Positions 50,465 through 62,023 are shown, counted from the stretch's first letter. The stretch: DNA of 64,000 bases from Bdellovibrionales bacterium (GCA_031426555.1 JANPLN010000015.1:191863-255862), one strand, 5' to 3'. Numbers and translations: made by a program. The notes: generated from the sequence alone by a model not told the origin.

Positions 50465-51124
50465 ATGAAAGTACTCGTTTTGTTTAGTTTTTTGCTGGCA
50501 GCGGAGACTGGTTTTGGTTTTTCCTCACTTTCCGAGCAGGCAAATTACTATCAGGATCTTTATAACAATCCCGCAGATTCAACACAAATTAGTAAGTCGC
50601 AAATGAACCAAGGCGAAACACGGCCCAAAGCTCTTCTGAAGGGTGTTTTTTACTTTGGCGGCTCCGACCGGAAGCGCGAAGCCCTGTCGTCGAATTATCA
50701 GGGACTTCTTTGCTCAGAGGGTTTTTCCCAAGCCTATTCCGTATATACAAAAGTCGACAAGGCCGCTTCGTGCTCAGAGGGGGAATTAAATTACAACCAT
50801 ATTGGCACGCCTAAAGCAGACGGCGCCCGCCCTCGAGAGGTTATGCAAAGTATCTACAATGTGATTAAAGCTGGTGGGTCTTTAGGTCCCATCTATTTGC
50901 ACTGTTATTACGGAGTTCATGCTTCAAACAGCTTTGCGCAAATGGCGCTCAAACAATTTTGCGGTATCAGCAACGACCAAGCAGTGGCGAACTGGAACAA
51001 AGTGAACATTTATAACTCCCTGGATGCTGCGAACAAAGCCAAGCAACTCGAAATCATCCGATCGTTTAACCCCTATCCAGAATTTGCCATTTCAGCGGAT
51101 GAACGTTCGACTGTTTGCTATTAG
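50465..51124 (+). CDS. Exported protein with PTP/DSP-like P-loop lacking the conserved Arg
   Basis: AAGGAG SD, signal peptide, GPIYLHCYYGVHAS. Confidence 0.55.
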   Translation: MKVLVLFSFLLAAETGFGFSSLSEQANYYQDLYNNPADSTQISKSQMNQGETRPKALLKGVFYFGGSDRKREALSSNYQGLLCSEGFSQAYSVYTKVDKAASCSEGELNYNHIGTPKADGARPREVMQSIYNVIKAGGSLGPIYLHCYYGVHASNSFAQMALKQFCGISNDQAVANWNKVNIYNSLDAANKAKQLEIIRSFNPYPEFAISADERSTVCY

Positions 51125-51135
51125 GAAATGCCCTA

Positions 51136-54100
51136 CTAGTAGCCCAAACACGGGCGGAGCCAGCGTTCCGCCTCTTCGATTGTCAATCCTTTGCGGCGAG
51201 CATAGTGCTCCACTTGATCCCGCGTAATTTTACCGACATGAAAGTATGAGGCTTCGGGGCGAATAAAATAATATCCGCAGACCGAACTTGCCGGATTCAT
51301 CGCAAAATTTTCTGTCAGTTCTACGCCGAGAGTTTCCTGGGCGTTGAGTAGCCTCCAGATCTTTTCTTTTTCGGTGTGATCGGGGCACGCGGGATAACCT
51401 GGGGCCGGCCGAATTCCTTGATACTTTTCTTGCAGAATCTCAGCAAAACTTAAGTACTCGCGCAGCTGGTAACCCCACTCTCCACGGACTTTTCGATGCA
51501 TAAATTCGGCGCTGGCCTCTGCCAGGCGATCGCCAAGGGCTTTGATAATGATGGCGGTGTAATCGTCGTTCTGAGCGATGTATTCGTTGGCAATCACATC
51601 GATTTCGGGCCCCGCGGTGACAACAAAGGCGCCGATCGTATCCATGTGCTCCGAGGTTTTGGGAGCCACATAATCAGCTAGGCACTTGTAAGGGGCGTTA
51701 CCCTCTTTTTTGATTTGCTGCTGCCGTAAGAAACTAAAGCGCGTGATCTCTTCTTGAGTTTGGAAAGGATTGTACACAATCACATCGTCGCCATCACTTT
51801 GCGCAGGCCAAATGCCAAAAGTGCCGCGCAGAGTGACTCGCGGATCGGTGACAAGATCGCGAAGTATTTTTTGTGCATCATCAAAAAGTTTTTGCGATTC
51901 AACACCATATTTTTCGTTTTTTAAAATGTCAGGAAAAATCCCCTTCATCTGCCAGGCCCAAAAAAATGGGGACCAATCAATCAGCGAAATAACTTCGCTG
52001 GGCTTGATAGTTAAAATCCGTTTGGCATAAAACGAAGGAGTATAGGTTTTTGAAAAATCAATGTTGCGAGTGGATTTTTTTTGCGCCTCTGCATAGGGAA
52101 TCAAGTTGTCGTCTTTGGCGTTAAAATTATCGCGAAGTTTTTGGTACTGCGCACTCACTTTTTCTTTGTAGGCCTCGGCGTTGTCTCCCCCCAGCTGTCG
52201 GCAGGCATCGACAACCAGCGAGGCATCGCTGATGTGAACTGTGGAGCCCGTATAGTGAGGAGCAATTTTTACGGCCGTATGAATTTTACTGGTAGTTGCG
52301 CCACCAATAAGCAGAGGGATTGTGCATTTTTTCTTGGTGAGTTCCTGAGCATTAAAAATCATCTCATCCAACGACGGAGTGATCAATCCACTCAGACCAA
52401 TAAACGAGGCGTTGTTTTCGATAGCGGCCTCGTAAATCTTTTGCATCGAAACCATCACACCTAAGTCGATCACCTTGTAGCCGTTGCAAGCGAGAACAAC
52501 AGACACAATATTTTTACCAATGTCGTGCACGTCGCCTTTGACCGTGGCAATTACAAACACATCTTGCGCCAGAGCTTCGGCCGAATTTTTAAGAAGGTAG
52601 GGTTCAAGAACGGCCACGGCTTTTTTCATCACTCGCGCACTCTTTACAACCTGCGGTAAAAACATTTGGCCTGTGCCGAAGAGCTCCCCCACTTTTTTCA
52701 TACCGTTCATCAGAGGAATTTCGATAACTTTTAAAGGAATTCCATATTTTTTAAGGGCTTCTAAGGTGTCGACATCAATAAAGTCCACGATTCCAGAAAC
52801 CAAAGAATGGGAGAGGCGTTCCTCCAGGGACCAGTCGCGCCAGGAAAGATCTTCTTTGTCCGTAGCTCCTTTTTGACCCTTAAACTGTTCGGCAAAAATG
52901 AGGAGACGCTCGGTGGAGTCTTTTCGACGGTTGAGGATAACGTCTTCGATCCGGTCCCGTAACACGGGCTCGATGTTTTCGTAAACGGCCAGCATACCAG
53001 CGTTGACGATACCCATGTCTAAGCCGGCTTGGATAGCATGATAGAGAAATACACTGTGCATGGCTTCGCGCACAACGTTGTTACCGCGAAACGAAAAGGA
53101 AATATTGCTCACGCCACCGCTCGTGAGAGCGCCGGGGCAGGTTTTTTTTATTTGTCGAACGGCTTCGATAAAATCGACGCCGTAATTATCGTGTTCCTCG
53201 ATGCCCGTTGCGACAGTAAGAACATTGCAATCGAAGATAATATCTTCGGGAGCAAAGCCCACGCGCTCTGTGAGAATTTTATAGGCGCGCTGACAAATTC
53301 GAACTTTGTCCTCGGTGTTGGCGGCTTGTCCATTTTCGTCGAAGGCCATCACCACCACAGCAGCGCCATAGCGTAAAATTTCCTGGGCTTGCTTAATAAA
53401 GCCCGCTTCGCCTTCTTTAAGACTGATGGAATTGACGATGCCTTTGCCTTGCAAGCATTTGAGGCCCGCGTGGAGCACGTCCCACTTAGAGCTATCGATC
53501 ATTATTGGCACTCGGGAAATATCGGGATCGGAACCTATGAGGTTGAGAAACTCGCGCATCAACGTGACGCTGTCGAGGAGACCTTCGTCAAAGTTAATGT
53601 CGATAATATTGGCGCCGTTTTCGACCTGTTGTCGAGCCACCTTGAGGGCTTCATCAAAATTTTGTTCTTTGATTAATTTGTAAAAACGGGGAGAGCCTGT
53701 AACATTCGTGCGTTCGCCCACCATTAAAAATGTTTTGCTCTTTTCAATAGGAACAACATTAAGAGGCTCAAGGCCACTCAAACGCATTTTTTGTTCCGGT
53801 GCGGGAATTATGCGCGCGGGATCATTTTTTGTGATTTCAATAATTTTGCGAATATGCTCCGGCGTTGTTCCGCAACACCCACCGATGATATTGAGCAAGC
53901 CCTCCGACGACATTTCGCGAATGGCTTGGGCGGTGATGTCGGGAGTTTCGTCGTAACCAGTGGGAGCCAGCGGATTTGGTAAACCCGCATTTGGATAGCA
54001 ACAAACATAGGACGTGGAAATTTTTGCCAGTTCCTGAATGTACGGCTTTAAATCCCGAGCTCCCAGAGCGCAATTGATTCCCACCGCTAATGGTTTTGCA

Positions 54101-54801
54101 TGTTGTATGGAATTCCACGCGGCTTCGATGGTTTGCCCTGAAAGCGTTCTTCCCGATTTGTCGGTGATGGTAAGAGAGGCTATGACCGGAAGATCTACGT
54201 TTTTTTCGCGCAAGACAGAATCGATGGCGTACAGCGCCGCCTTCAAATTAAGAGTGTCGAAAGTTGTTTCTGGCAACAACAGATCCACTCCGCCTTCCAC
54301 AAGAGCGATCACCTGTTCTCGATAAATTTCGACGAGGTCATCAAAGTGAGTCGCGCGATAACCGGGGTTGTTGACGTCAGGAGAGAGAGACGCTGTGCGA
54401 TTTGTTGGGCCAATGGAGCCCGCAATCCAAACAGGGCGCTGGTTGGAGTTTTGATAAATGGCGCGAGCTTCTTGCGCCACAAGAAGAGACGAAATATTGA
54501 GATCGCGCACTAATCCTTCCGTACCGTATTCAATTTGTCCGTACTTTGTCGCGTTAAAGGTGTTCGTGCAAATCACATCCACGCCCGCTTCGAGATATTT
54601 TAGGTGAATATCGCGAATGATTTTGGGCTGGGTGATGGAAAGTAGATCGTTATTACCCTTGAGATCTTTGGGATGATTGATCAATCGCGTCCCGCGAAAG
54701 TCCTGCTCGCTGAGGGGATGCTGTTGAATCATGGTGCCCATGGCGCCGTCGAGATAAACAATTCGCTGCTTGATGAGATCTGCAAGTTTCATAACAGGCA
54801 A
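51136..54801 (-). CDS. metH: Cobalamin-dependent methionine synthase
   Basis: [62 protein letters not shown]. Confidence 0.98.
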   Translation of the reverse strand: MPVMKLADLIKQRIVYLDGAMGTMIQQHPLSEQDFRGTRLINHPKDLKGNNDLLSITQPKIIRDIHLKYLEAGVDVICTNTFNATKYGQIEYGTEGLVRDLNISSLLVAQEARAIYQNSNQRPVWIAGSIGPTNRTASLSPDVNNPGYRATHFDDLVEIYREQVIALVEGGVDLLLPETTFDTLNLKAALYAIDSVLREKNVDLPVIASLTITDKSGRTLSGQTIEAAWNSIQHAKPLAVGINCALGARDLKPYIQELAKISTSYVCCYPNAGLPNPLAPTGYDETPDITAQAIREMSSEGLLNIIGGCCGTTPEHIRKIIEITKNDPARIIPAPEQKMRLSGLEPLNVVPIEKSKTFLMVGERTNVTGSPRFYKLIKEQNFDEALKVARQQVENGANIIDINFDEGLLDSVTLMREFLNLIGSDPDISRVPIMIDSSKWDVLHAGLKCLQGKGIVNSISLKEGEAGFIKQAQEILRYGAAVVVMAFDENGQAANTEDKVRICQRAYKILTERVGFAPEDIIFDCNVLTVATGIEEHDNYGVDFIEAVRQIKKTCPGALTSGGVSNISFSFRGNNVVREAMHSVFLYHAIQAGLDMGIVNAGMLAVYENIEPVLRDRIEDVILNRRKDSTERLLIFAEQFKGQKGATDKEDLSWRDWSLEERLSHSLVSGIVDFIDVDTLEALKKYGIPLKVIEIPLMNGMKKVGELFGTGQMFLPQVVKSARVMKKAVAVLEPYLLKNSAEALAQDVFVIATVKGDVHDIGKNIVSVVLACNGYKVIDLGVMVSMQKIYEAAIENNASFIGLSGLITPSLDEMIFNAQELTKKKCTIPLLIGGATTSKIHTAVKIAPHYTGSTVHISDASLVVDACRQLGGDNAEAYKEKVSAQYQKLRDNFNAKDDNLIPYAEAQKKSTRNIDFSKTYTPSFYAKRILTIKPSEVISLIDWSPFFWAWQMKGIFPDILKNEKYGVESQKLFDDAQKILRDLVTDPRVTLRGTFGIWPAQSDGDDVIVYNPFQTQEEITRFSFLRQQQIKKEGNAPYKCLADYVAPKTSEHMDTIGAFVVTAGPEIDVIANEYIAQNDDYTAIIIKALGDRLAEASAEFMHRKVRGEWGYQLREYLSFAEILQEKYQGIRPAPGYPACPDHTEKEKIWRLLNAQETLGVELTENFAMNPASSVCGYYFIRPEASYFHVGKITRDQVEHYARRKGLTIEEAERWLRPCLGY

Positions 54802-54803
54802 AA

Positions 54804-55529
54804 TTATAGCGTTAATAAAGTGCGAGAGTCAGGTGTTATTTTTTGCGAAGTTTTCAAAAATTCATGATCAAGCCAACCGAAGTCGTTGATGGTTTGTAAA
54901 TCCTCGCCGCGCTCCAATGCCGTGAGAGCAAATTGCCGCCCTTGCTGAGCGCCAAGAAGGCACCAGTTTCCGTGCAGGCTGTGTGAACCATCCGAAAGCC
55001 AAATGGATAGCCGCTCGCGGCTTTGGACATCGTCGGGATCTTTGTTAAGGTTGTGTGTGAGTTTTGCACATTCGCGAAAGGCCCCGCGCCAACTTTCCAA
55101 AGGAGTGGCATTAAAACACGTTGTGGAAGCGAGGGTCATAACCGGAATGTACTTCGGAGCAATGGTAGTGGCGACGTCGGGGCCTGTGGCTTTTGGTGTT
55201 TGAAAGAGACTGCGGTTGTAAAGTTTAATACCACCGAAGCCATAGACCAGTTGGTTGACGGCGTTCTGTGCGCGCCAAACATACAATGAGTCTTTGTTCG
55301 GAGAAAAGGGAACTGAAAAATCGAAATCATGTTTTACCAGATTGTCTCCATCGACGATGAAGTAAAAGTCTGTATCACTGCATCCGGCGATAATGGCGTG
55401 AGCCTTGTAGACACCGCGGATTCCATGCAGGCGCTTTGCGCGGGGAAAACGCGTGGTCAGCTCGAGCCAATTGCTCTCGGCATTGCTCTCGGAATAGGAA
55501 AGAAAAAAAATATCAAACGCTGGCATCAT
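54804..55529 (-). CDS. Glycosyltransferase-A-like hypothetical protein
   Basis: [23 protein letters not shown] (DxD-like), [21 protein letters not shown]. Confidence 0.6.
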   Translation of the reverse strand: MMPAFDIFFLSYSESNAESNWLELTTRFPRAKRLHGIRGVYKAHAIIAGCSDTDFYFIVDGDNLVKHDFDFSVPFSPNKDSLYVWRAQNAVNQLVYGFGGIKLYNRSLFQTPKATGPDVATTIAPKYIPVMTLASTTCFNATPLESWRGAFRECAKLTHNLNKDPDDVQSRERLSIWLSDGSHSLHGNWCLLGAQQGRQFALTALERGEDLQTINDFGWLDHEFLKTSQKITPDSRTLLTL

Positions 55530-56463
55530 GAGTGGGAGAGGCGGACCCGTCGGTGAACATGGGCCCTTGTCGAGGACGGTTGAAATAAACCGATTTAAAA
55601 AATTCAGAACTTTGCGGATCTAAAAGTTGAATACCAAGGGCTATTTTTTTATTGAGCGCGAGTCCAAGTTTTTCGATCTCTTTGAGTAAAAACACTTCGC
55701 TGGGCAGTTGTGATTTTTTGGCGAAGGTTTCTTGCCAGTAAGTTTCGAACCAGTCGTAGTCGCGTATTTTTTCGATAGGTAATTTGTTAAAATAGAACTC
55801 ATAGAGTCCAAGGCGAGCACCGAAAATGGCCCACAGCCCGTTGGTGACGTCCGCGCCCACCGAGCACCAAATTTTGAGTCGCTCTAAATTTGCTGGGTGC
55901 AGAAGCTGTAAAAAAGAGGCTGGATTTTTACGGTCGAAATCCAGGGGCAAGCCGCGATCCAGAGACATTTTAATGCCCTCACGAAAACCGGCGCGGAAGG
56001 CTTGAAAAGGTGTGTGGTGAATGTGCGAGGTGGAAAGAGTTTCTGGCATTTGGTAATAGTTCAGATCGAAACAAAAATCCACCGCGCCTTGCGGGCTGGT
56101 GCTGTCTTCGTGGGATTCGAGTTTAATGACGATTTCTCGGGGCCAGTTTTTAATTCCACCATTGCCGTAGGCGAGACCATTGATTGAATTTTTAGCAGAC
56201 CAAGATAAAACTTGCGTCGTAATGATCAGTTTCATTGGTATTTTTAAGCTTGAGAAATTGCTGTGCAGAACGTTATCGCCGTCGATGGTAAAAAAACGCA
56301 ACGTACGCGCTCGTTCGGCGCACTCACGGTGCGCGCGATTAAAACCTTTAATGCCATCCACCCTTTGGGCAAATGGGATCTGTGCTTTGACCGCTTCCCA
56401 AAAAAGATCTTTTTGGGGCTCGTCGTAACTTATGAAAAACACGTCCATATTCTGCATGGGCAC
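55513..56463 (-). CDS. Glycosyltransferase-A-like hypothetical protein, paralogue of 54804..55529
   Basis: DVFFISYDEP, DGIKG..AH, FTIDGDN, NGLAYGNGGIK, FRAGFREGIK. Confidence 0.6.
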   Translation of the reverse strand: MPMQNMDVFFISYDEPQKDLFWEAVKAQIPFAQRVDGIKGFNRAHRECAERARTLRFFTIDGDNVLHSNFSSLKIPMKLIITTQVLSWSAKNSINGLAYGNGGIKNWPREIVIKLESHEDSTSPQGAVDFCFDLNYYQMPETLSTSHIHHTPFQAFRAGFREGIKMSLDRGLPLDFDRKNPASFLQLLHPANLERLKIWCSVGADVTNGLWAIFGARLGLYEFYFNKLPIEKIRDYDWFETYWQETFAKKSQLPSEVFLLKEIEKLGLALNKKIALGIQLLDPQSSEFFKSVYFNRPRQGPMFTDGSASPTHDASV

Positions 56464-56536
56464 AGAATACTCATGGCGGGGGTAGAGATCAAGCCTGGAA
56501 CATGGTAACGGTACGTTCTGTGCATTGGAGGAAGCT

Positions 56537-57004
56537 ATGCAAAAAGGATATTTCGCCGCTGGATGTTTTTGGGGAGTGGAAGCCCGTTTTAAAGATATTG
56601 AAGGCGTTGTTGATACGACGAGTGGCTACGGTGGAGGCCATCTAGAAAACCCCACCTACGAACAAGTTTGCGATGGCGTTAGCGGCCATGCCGAGATTGT
56701 CGAAGTGGTGTTTGATCCCAATATTGTTTCGTTTGAATCCCTTGTTCGGGAGTTTTTTGCTCTGCATGATCCCACAACCAAAAATCGCCAAGGCCCTGAT
56801 GTAGGAACGCAGTATCGATCGGGTGTGTTCGTGGTGGACGACGAGCAAAAACAAATTTCTGAAAAGGTGATCCGTGACTTAACGGCGAAAAAAGTTTTTT
56901 CGAAGCCAATTGTCAGCGAAGTGACACAGTTTACAAATTTTTATGCGGCCGAGGAGTACCATCAAGATTACCTCGATAAGCACCCCGGCATGTGTCACAT
57001 CTAG
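56537..57004 (+). CDS. msrA: Peptide-methionine (S)-S-oxide reductase
   Basis: AGCFWGVE, HDPT..RQGPDVGTQYRS, AEEYHQDY. Confidence 0.96.
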   Translation: MQKGYFAAGCFWGVEARFKDIEGVVDTTSGYGGGHLENPTYEQVCDGVSGHAEIVEVVFDPNIVSFESLVREFFALHDPTTKNRQGPDVGTQYRSGVFVVDDEQKQISEKVIRDLTAKKVFSKPIVSEVTQFTNFYAAEEYHQDYLDKHPGMCHI

Positions 57005-57780
57005 CGGCGTTTTTCTTCGGCTTCAAGACCGAAAATAACTTTTTCCACGCTCTTCAGCTCTGTTTTTTTGCTGCCGAGAATCGAATTGTAATGGGTTTTT
57101 GCGTCGGCGGGGACATTGGCGTCGTACACTTTTGCTGTAAGATCGTTAATTTCAGCTTCCAGCGTTGTGGCTTTTTGGCGCGATTCCGTTAATCTTTTTC
57201 CGCGCGCATGGGCGGCGATGAGTGAGCCACGAATTGTTGGCGCACAGCCCTTTGGTTCAAAGTCTTTATTTTCCAGGCCATTTTTAAAAGCCACTGCCGA
57301 CGAGCAAAGTTCTTTTAAACCCAGAGCGTAGCCATTTTGGTAAGGGGTGACCTTGGCGCAAACCTCGGCGCGAGCGGTGCCGGCGAGGGCATGTTGTTTG
57401 CCCGTATCTGGAGTGCAAAACTCATGGAGGCCGAGGTCGTAACCTTCTTCGAAGCGCGTGGTGTCGCTTTTCTCAGAACACTGGGATACCACGTCGACAG
57501 GTGAGCCCTTTTTGCCGGCTTCAAAACCTTTTACATGACAAAACTTGCTGAGACCTTTTGTATAGCCTTTTTCGTATTTCGCAGTGTCAGGAGTCGTGCC
57601 GAATTGTTGGCAGCGAGTGGTCCACGCCGCCACGTCTTTGTTTGCCCGCTCTCCATCCTTCTCGCCGACAGCTTCCCAATTGTTACTTGTGCAAGAGCTC
57701 TTGTACAAAAGGGCATTCATCGAAGAACAGTGAGTGAGGGATAAAAATAAACAGGCCAATAAAAGACGGTTAGAAAGCAT
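57001..57780 (-). CDS. Lipoprotein with repeated DUF2799-like Cys motifs
   Basis: Lipobox LTHC; repeated Y..GY..GL..(F/L)C units and C-terminal coiled coil. Confidence 0.7.
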   Translation of the reverse strand: MLSNRLLLACLFLSLTHCSSMNALLYKSSCTSNNWEAVGEKDGERANKDVAAWTTRCQQFGTTPDTAKYEKGYTKGLSKFCHVKGFEAGKKGSPVDVVSQCSEKSDTTRFEEGYDLGLHEFCTPDTGKQHALAGTARAEVCAKVTPYQNGYALGLKELCSSAVAFKNGLENKDFEPKGCAPTIRGSLIAAHARGKRLTESRQKATTLEAEINDLTAKVYDANVPADAKTHYNSILGSKKTELKSVEKVIFGLEAEEKRR

Positions 57781-57820
57781 GGAATCTCCTTAAAATGTAT
57801 GCGCCCATAATAGGATCCGG

Positions 57821-58585
57821 CTATTGTGAGTCAATGGAATTTTGCTGGTTTTTCGTCACAAAAGAACGGTCTTTGAGTTTTCGAATCGTTTGCTGCAAAA
57901 CAGTTTCCAGCATATGCAACTCTTTGCTCGTGGGAAACCCCTTGAGAAGCAGCTTGCGCAAAACGGTGTAGGAATTCACTTTTTCGTGGCTCGACAAATC
58001 AATGTTGAGGGCCTCGAGCCAGCGCTTTAAAGTTTGATCTGGAAAAAAAAAGTTTTCGCGCTCCTGTTTATCCGTGGGAATAGGGTGGGCGTCATCCGTG
58101 GCTTGATGAAGAATTGTTAAAGCACACTGAACGGCATGGGATAAGTTAAGACTGGTATTCTCACCCGGTAATTTGATCTGAAAAACTCGGTGAACAAAAT
58201 CCAAATCACTTTCGGCCAGACCATGATCCTCCGGTCCAAAAATAAGATACGTGTTTTTATTCAAGAGTTCAGCTTTCATCTCTGAGTCGTTTTTGAGGCT
58301 GGAAGCAAAATCAAAAGCGTCGCGGCGTTTTCCATCGCGAGCAGAAAAAGCAATTCGAATGCCTTCATGCTCCCAATCATAAAACCGCTGCCAATGAGGA
58401 TAAATCTGACATTTTTCCAACTGCAGCTGCGCGTGCGCCGCGCCTTCGCGCGCGTCCTGATCGATTTCACACCGCGGCTCGATCAAAATTAATTTTTCTA
58501 GGCCATAATTGGACATGGCCCTTGCAACCATACCGACATTTCTTGAATATTTTGGGCGAACAAGCACAACACTCAAATTGTTCAT
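57821..58585 (-). CDS. SPOUT RNA methyltransferase, TrmJ/LasT type
   Basis: VVLVRP..NVGMVARAMSNYG, IFGPEDHGL, SLNLSHAV. Confidence 0.9.
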   Translation of the reverse strand: MNNLSVVLVRPKYSRNVGMVARAMSNYGLEKLILIEPRCEIDQDAREGAAHAQLQLEKCQIYPHWQRFYDWEHEGIRIAFSARDGKRRDAFDFASSLKNDSEMKAELLNKNTYLIFGPEDHGLAESDLDFVHRVFQIKLPGENTSLNLSHAVQCALTILHQATDDAHPIPTDKQERENFFFPDQTLKRWLEALNIDLSSHEKVNSYTVLRKLLLKGFPTSKELHMLETVLQQTIRKLKDRSFVTKNQQNSIDSQ

Positions 58586-60288
58586 AATTTAATTCGATCC
58601 GAAAGTTGCAACCCCAATGAGATATACTCTTGGTTGGCAGGGTATTTTTTTTGCAGGTCTAATAAATGGGTTTCTATGAGAGTGCACAGATCACCGTCGA
58701 CGACAGTGTCACAGAGCTCCAGAAGCTCGACAAAAGCCAACCACTGATCGGGCAACTGCTTGTGAGCCTCGTGGAAAAGTGCCGCGATTTGTTTGGAAGA
58801 AATCTTTTGCGATTCACGCAGTGTGCGAATTTTTTGGTACAGCTCGTTTTTGAGCCTGGACTGGCCTGAAAGATCTTTTGCAGGGATCACCTTTTTTACA
58901 AAAGTTTCAGTCGCGCCGTAACTCTCTCGGTCCGCCGGGCCGGCAAAAACAGAGATCACTTTTGTACCAACAGCCATATCAAAAGTGCCCCAATCTGGTT
59001 GAAACAAAACGCGCCCTTGGTGTTTCACAGTACAATCGTCGAAAGAGATAATCATTGGCGTTTTATTTTTTCCAAGCAGAATCGATTGAACTCGTCCTGC
59101 GACGGTAACACCGGATGTAAACTCCAAGACGGCAGTCTGGCCCACCTCAAGCGAAGTGGTTTTGTACTCGCCAATAGGAGAGCTAAAGCCGCTGCCGTGA
59201 TAACTTTTATCATGTCCTTGCAGCTGCACGTCGTTTTCGCAGAGCTGGGTGGGGCCCGATAACTTATAATAAAGAACGTTGTTGGCGGCGTCGGTGATCA
59301 CCTCGCTCACCACACCCGAAATTTGCAAACCAGAGTCGAGAACAAGGCTGTTTACTGTTTTTGCTTTGATCGCCGTTTGCAAACCATAAAGACCACCGCG
59401 ACGAAACGAAAGGCGCTCCTCAAGTTCGCGCAACACGAGCGAAAGATCGGCAAAGCTTTTAGCCACAAACAGTTGGGGCTGTTGCTCCGTTATATCGTAG
59501 CTTGTTTCAATGCAGTCAACAGTGAGCGGAAGTTTTTTAACGGAGTCTTGCAGACACTGGCGAGATTCACCCACCGACGAAAGTAAACCAGCGCCAAAAA
59601 TTTTGGGATTTTGCAAATCGCCGATGAGGCCATATTCGGCCGTCCACCAGTTCATACGTCCAAGGAGTGAGGCCTCTGAAACGTGGCTGATAGACGCGTT
59701 GACCTGAGTGAGTCGCGCTTCAGCGGCGCGAACTTGCTCCGGCGTCGACTGAGGGTCTTCCTTAATATCCGAAAGGTCGCGAATGGCCTCGTACTGCGAA
59801 AGATCTTCCGAAGATATGATCGCCTTTTTTGCAACCTGCGCATACTCTTTGAGGTAAGAAGCAAACTGCTCGTCCACCAAGATCGGAGCGTGCCCAGCAG
59901 CTTCGTGAACAATATCGGGAGCCGGCGTGTAGAGAATGTGATCGATGCTGCGCATGTCGCACGCGATGGGCAAGATATTTAGACTCTGCAGTTCCATAAA
60001 TGCCGCTGGCGGAATAAAGCCACTTACGGGAACGGCCGTCCAGCCAAATTCTTGCAACTTTTCGCATATCACTTCGATGCGGGGAATGGATTCGGTGTCG
60101 ATGCCGGTTTTGGAAAGACCGGCGATATAACTTTCGTGGGCGTTTTTTAACAAATAGCTTTTGAGTTGCCGAAGCGTGAAGCGCCAGGTGGCCTGTTCGA
60201 TGGGTGTGTAGTGCGAGTAATCTTGTTGGACAACATACTGCCTAAGATGAGGAGGAAGTTGTTCAATAATCTGTTTGAACTTTTTCAT
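58582..60288 (-). CDS. Pterin-dependent aromatic amino acid hydroxylase (long form)
   Basis: YTPAPDIVHEAAGHAP, WWTAEYGL, GAGLLSS. Confidence 0.92.
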   Translation of the reverse strand: MKKFKQIIEQLPPHLRQYVVQQDYSHYTPIEQATWRFTLRQLKSYLLKNAHESYIAGLSKTGIDTESIPRIEVICEKLQEFGWTAVPVSGFIPPAAFMELQSLNILPIACDMRSIDHILYTPAPDIVHEAAGHAPILVDEQFASYLKEYAQVAKKAIISSEDLSQYEAIRDLSDIKEDPQSTPEQVRAAEARLTQVNASISHVSEASLLGRMNWWTAEYGLIGDLQNPKIFGAGLLSSVGESRQCLQDSVKKLPLTVDCIETSYDITEQQPQLFVAKSFADLSLVLRELEERLSFRRGGLYGLQTAIKAKTVNSLVLDSGLQISGVVSEVITDAANNVLYYKLSGPTQLCENDVQLQGHDKSYHGSGFSSPIGEYKTTSLEVGQTAVLEFTSGVTVAGRVQSILLGKNKTPMIISFDDCTVKHQGRVLFQPDWGTFDMAVGTKVISVFAGPADRESYGATETFVKKVIPAKDLSGQSRLKNELYQKIRTLRESQKISSKQIAALFHEAHKQLPDQWLAFVELLELCDTVVDGDLCTLIETHLLDLQKKYPANQEYISLGLQLSDRIKL

Positions 60289-60301
60289 CCGTTCGTCCTT
60301 G

Positions 60302-61267
60302 TTAAAAGAAAGGGTCGGGCTGGTTGAGGTAGTTGTGAACATAATCCTTTATGCCTTTCTCTAGCGACCATTCAGGCCGAGAAAATCCTTGGCTTAAAAA
60401 TCGATCCATTTTTGCTTGCGTAAAATATTGGTAGCGCGGGCGAAGATTTTCGGGAACATCCATCCACTCCACTTTCATCGGCTTGCCGATCTCTTTAAAA
60501 ACGGCCGCAGCTAAATCAAGCCAGGTGCGGGCTTCGCCAAAACCCATATTAAAAATTCCTGAGTAACCTTTGTTTTCGAAAAGAATTTCGGCGATCCAGC
60601 GAGTGACGTCTTTCACGTAGATAAAATCGCGCAGTTGTTTACCATCCGCATACTGCGGGTTGTGCGAGCGAAACAGTTTGAGCTCGTTGTTGACGTGAAT
60701 CTGGCGGTACGCCTTAAACACCACACTAGACATATCCTTTTTGTAAAATTCGTTAGGGCCGTAGACGTTAAAAAAGCGCAAGCCCATCCACAGCGGAGGC
60801 GTTTTGGTTTGCTGAACAGCCCATATATCGAAGTTGAGTTTGGATTCGCCGTAGGGATTTAAGGGTTGAAAAGAACGCGGGTCTGTTTGGTCATCAAAGC
60901 CCTGGGCACCATCACCGTAAACAGCGCCGCTGCTTGCGTAGATCAAACGCGTCTTGTTTTCGGTGCACCATTCAAAAAGTCTCTGGGTGTATTCGGTATT
61001 GATTGTGCGCAAATAGGTGCGGTTGAGTTCGGTGGTCGAGGAGCAGGCCCCCATGTGCAAGATAGCTTCAACTTTAGGTTTGGTATTTAAAAAATCCCAA
61101 AGCTCTGTATGGGTTAAAAATTTATCGTATTTTCTTTTGGATAAAATTCCTGCGCGCAAATCAGGGCGAATCACATCCACAGCAACGATGTCTTCTCGAC
61201 CGCGTTGATTGAGTTCCCAAACAAGGGCACTTCCGATAAATCCTGTGGCGCCAGTTACAATAATCAT
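60302..61267 (-). CDS. hldD: ADP-L-glycero-D-manno-heptose 6-epimerase
   Basis: VTGATGFIGS, HMGACSSTTE, PLNPYGESK, RFFNVYGPNE, RDFIYVKD, YQYFTQA. Confidence 0.93.
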   Translation of the reverse strand: MIIVTGATGFIGSALVWELNQRGREDIVAVDVIRPDLRAGILSKRKYDKFLTHTELWDFLNTKPKVEAILHMGACSSTTELNRTYLRTINTEYTQRLFEWCTENKTRLIYASSGAVYGDGAQGFDDQTDPRSFQPLNPYGESKLNFDIWAVQQTKTPPLWMGLRFFNVYGPNEFYKKDMSSVVFKAYRQIHVNNELKLFRSHNPQYADGKQLRDFIYVKDVTRWIAEILFENKGYSGIFNMGFGEARTWLDLAAAVFKEIGKPMKVEWMDVPENLRPRYQYFTQAKMDRFLSQGFSRPEWSLEKGIKDYVHNYLNQPDPFF

Positions 61268-61279
61268 CGCTGTTTGTTA

Positions 61280-62023
61280 TCACTGAACGACAGTAGAGTC
61301 ACCGCGAGAGTTCCAGATCAGATTGAGCTCCTCGATGGTTTTATGTTCGCAAAGTCCCATATAAACGAGATAAACCAGCGGAAAGGTCAACGGCATGAAA
61401 TAGAGAAAGAACGGAACGACACAGAGGGCCATGGCGGCCAGGCCCAATGCTAAAAGAAAGATCATCAGGCAGAGAAGATTGCCGATATTTTTCCAGGTCT
61501 GAGAGAGGACAAAATCCATGGCCTGTTTTTCGGTTATGCCGGGATTTCGAAATTGGTAGTAGGCCATAAAAGGAATCAGGTAGATCCCCAAAGTCGTGAC
61601 AATTGTGAGCCAATAGAAGTGAGGAATGTTGGCGCGTAAGCCAATCTCCACGACCAACCCAATTCCAGCACAGGCGAGAAGATAATTTTTAAACGGCTTC
61701 AAAAGGCTTTCGTCGAAACAAAGTTTGAAATAAGACTCCACTGTATAAGTCTGCTCTGCAGTTTGAGTCTGCTTCTGCATCAGGGCATCCATCAATCTCA
61801 AACCACCAAAAGAGTAGATAAAGCGCAGAACAGGATTTGCAATAGAACCCAAGTAAGGAATTACACTGATCATGGCCTCGGTGATAAAAACAATGACACC
61901 TAAGAAAGCAAAAAGTGAAAAATGTTTTTCCACCATGTTGAACGCGGCTCGTATCCAACGATGGCAATAATCAAAGGGCAATAAAAAGTTTTGTTGTGGT
62001 TCCATAGAGAACGAAACTGACAT
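61280..62023 (-). CDS. Multi-pass membrane protein
   Basis: Six or more hydrophobic segments. Confidence 0.7.
   Translation of the reverse strand: MSVSFSMEPQQNFLLPFDYCHRWIRAAFNMVEKHFSLFAFLGVIVFITEAMISVIPYLGSIANPVLRFIYSFGGLRLMDALMQKQTQTAEQTYTVESYFKLCFDESLLKPFKNYLLACAGIGLVVEIGLRANIPHFYWLTIVTTLGIYLIPFMAYYQFRNPGITEKQAMDFVLSQTWKNIGNLLCLMIFLLALGLAAMALCVVPFFLYFMPLTFPLVYLVYMGLCEHKTIEELNLIWNSRGDSTVVQ

Noticed and set aside
54790..54810. Cobalamin or SAM riboswitch upstream of metH
   Set aside because: There is no intergenic space; metH abuts the upstream gene.
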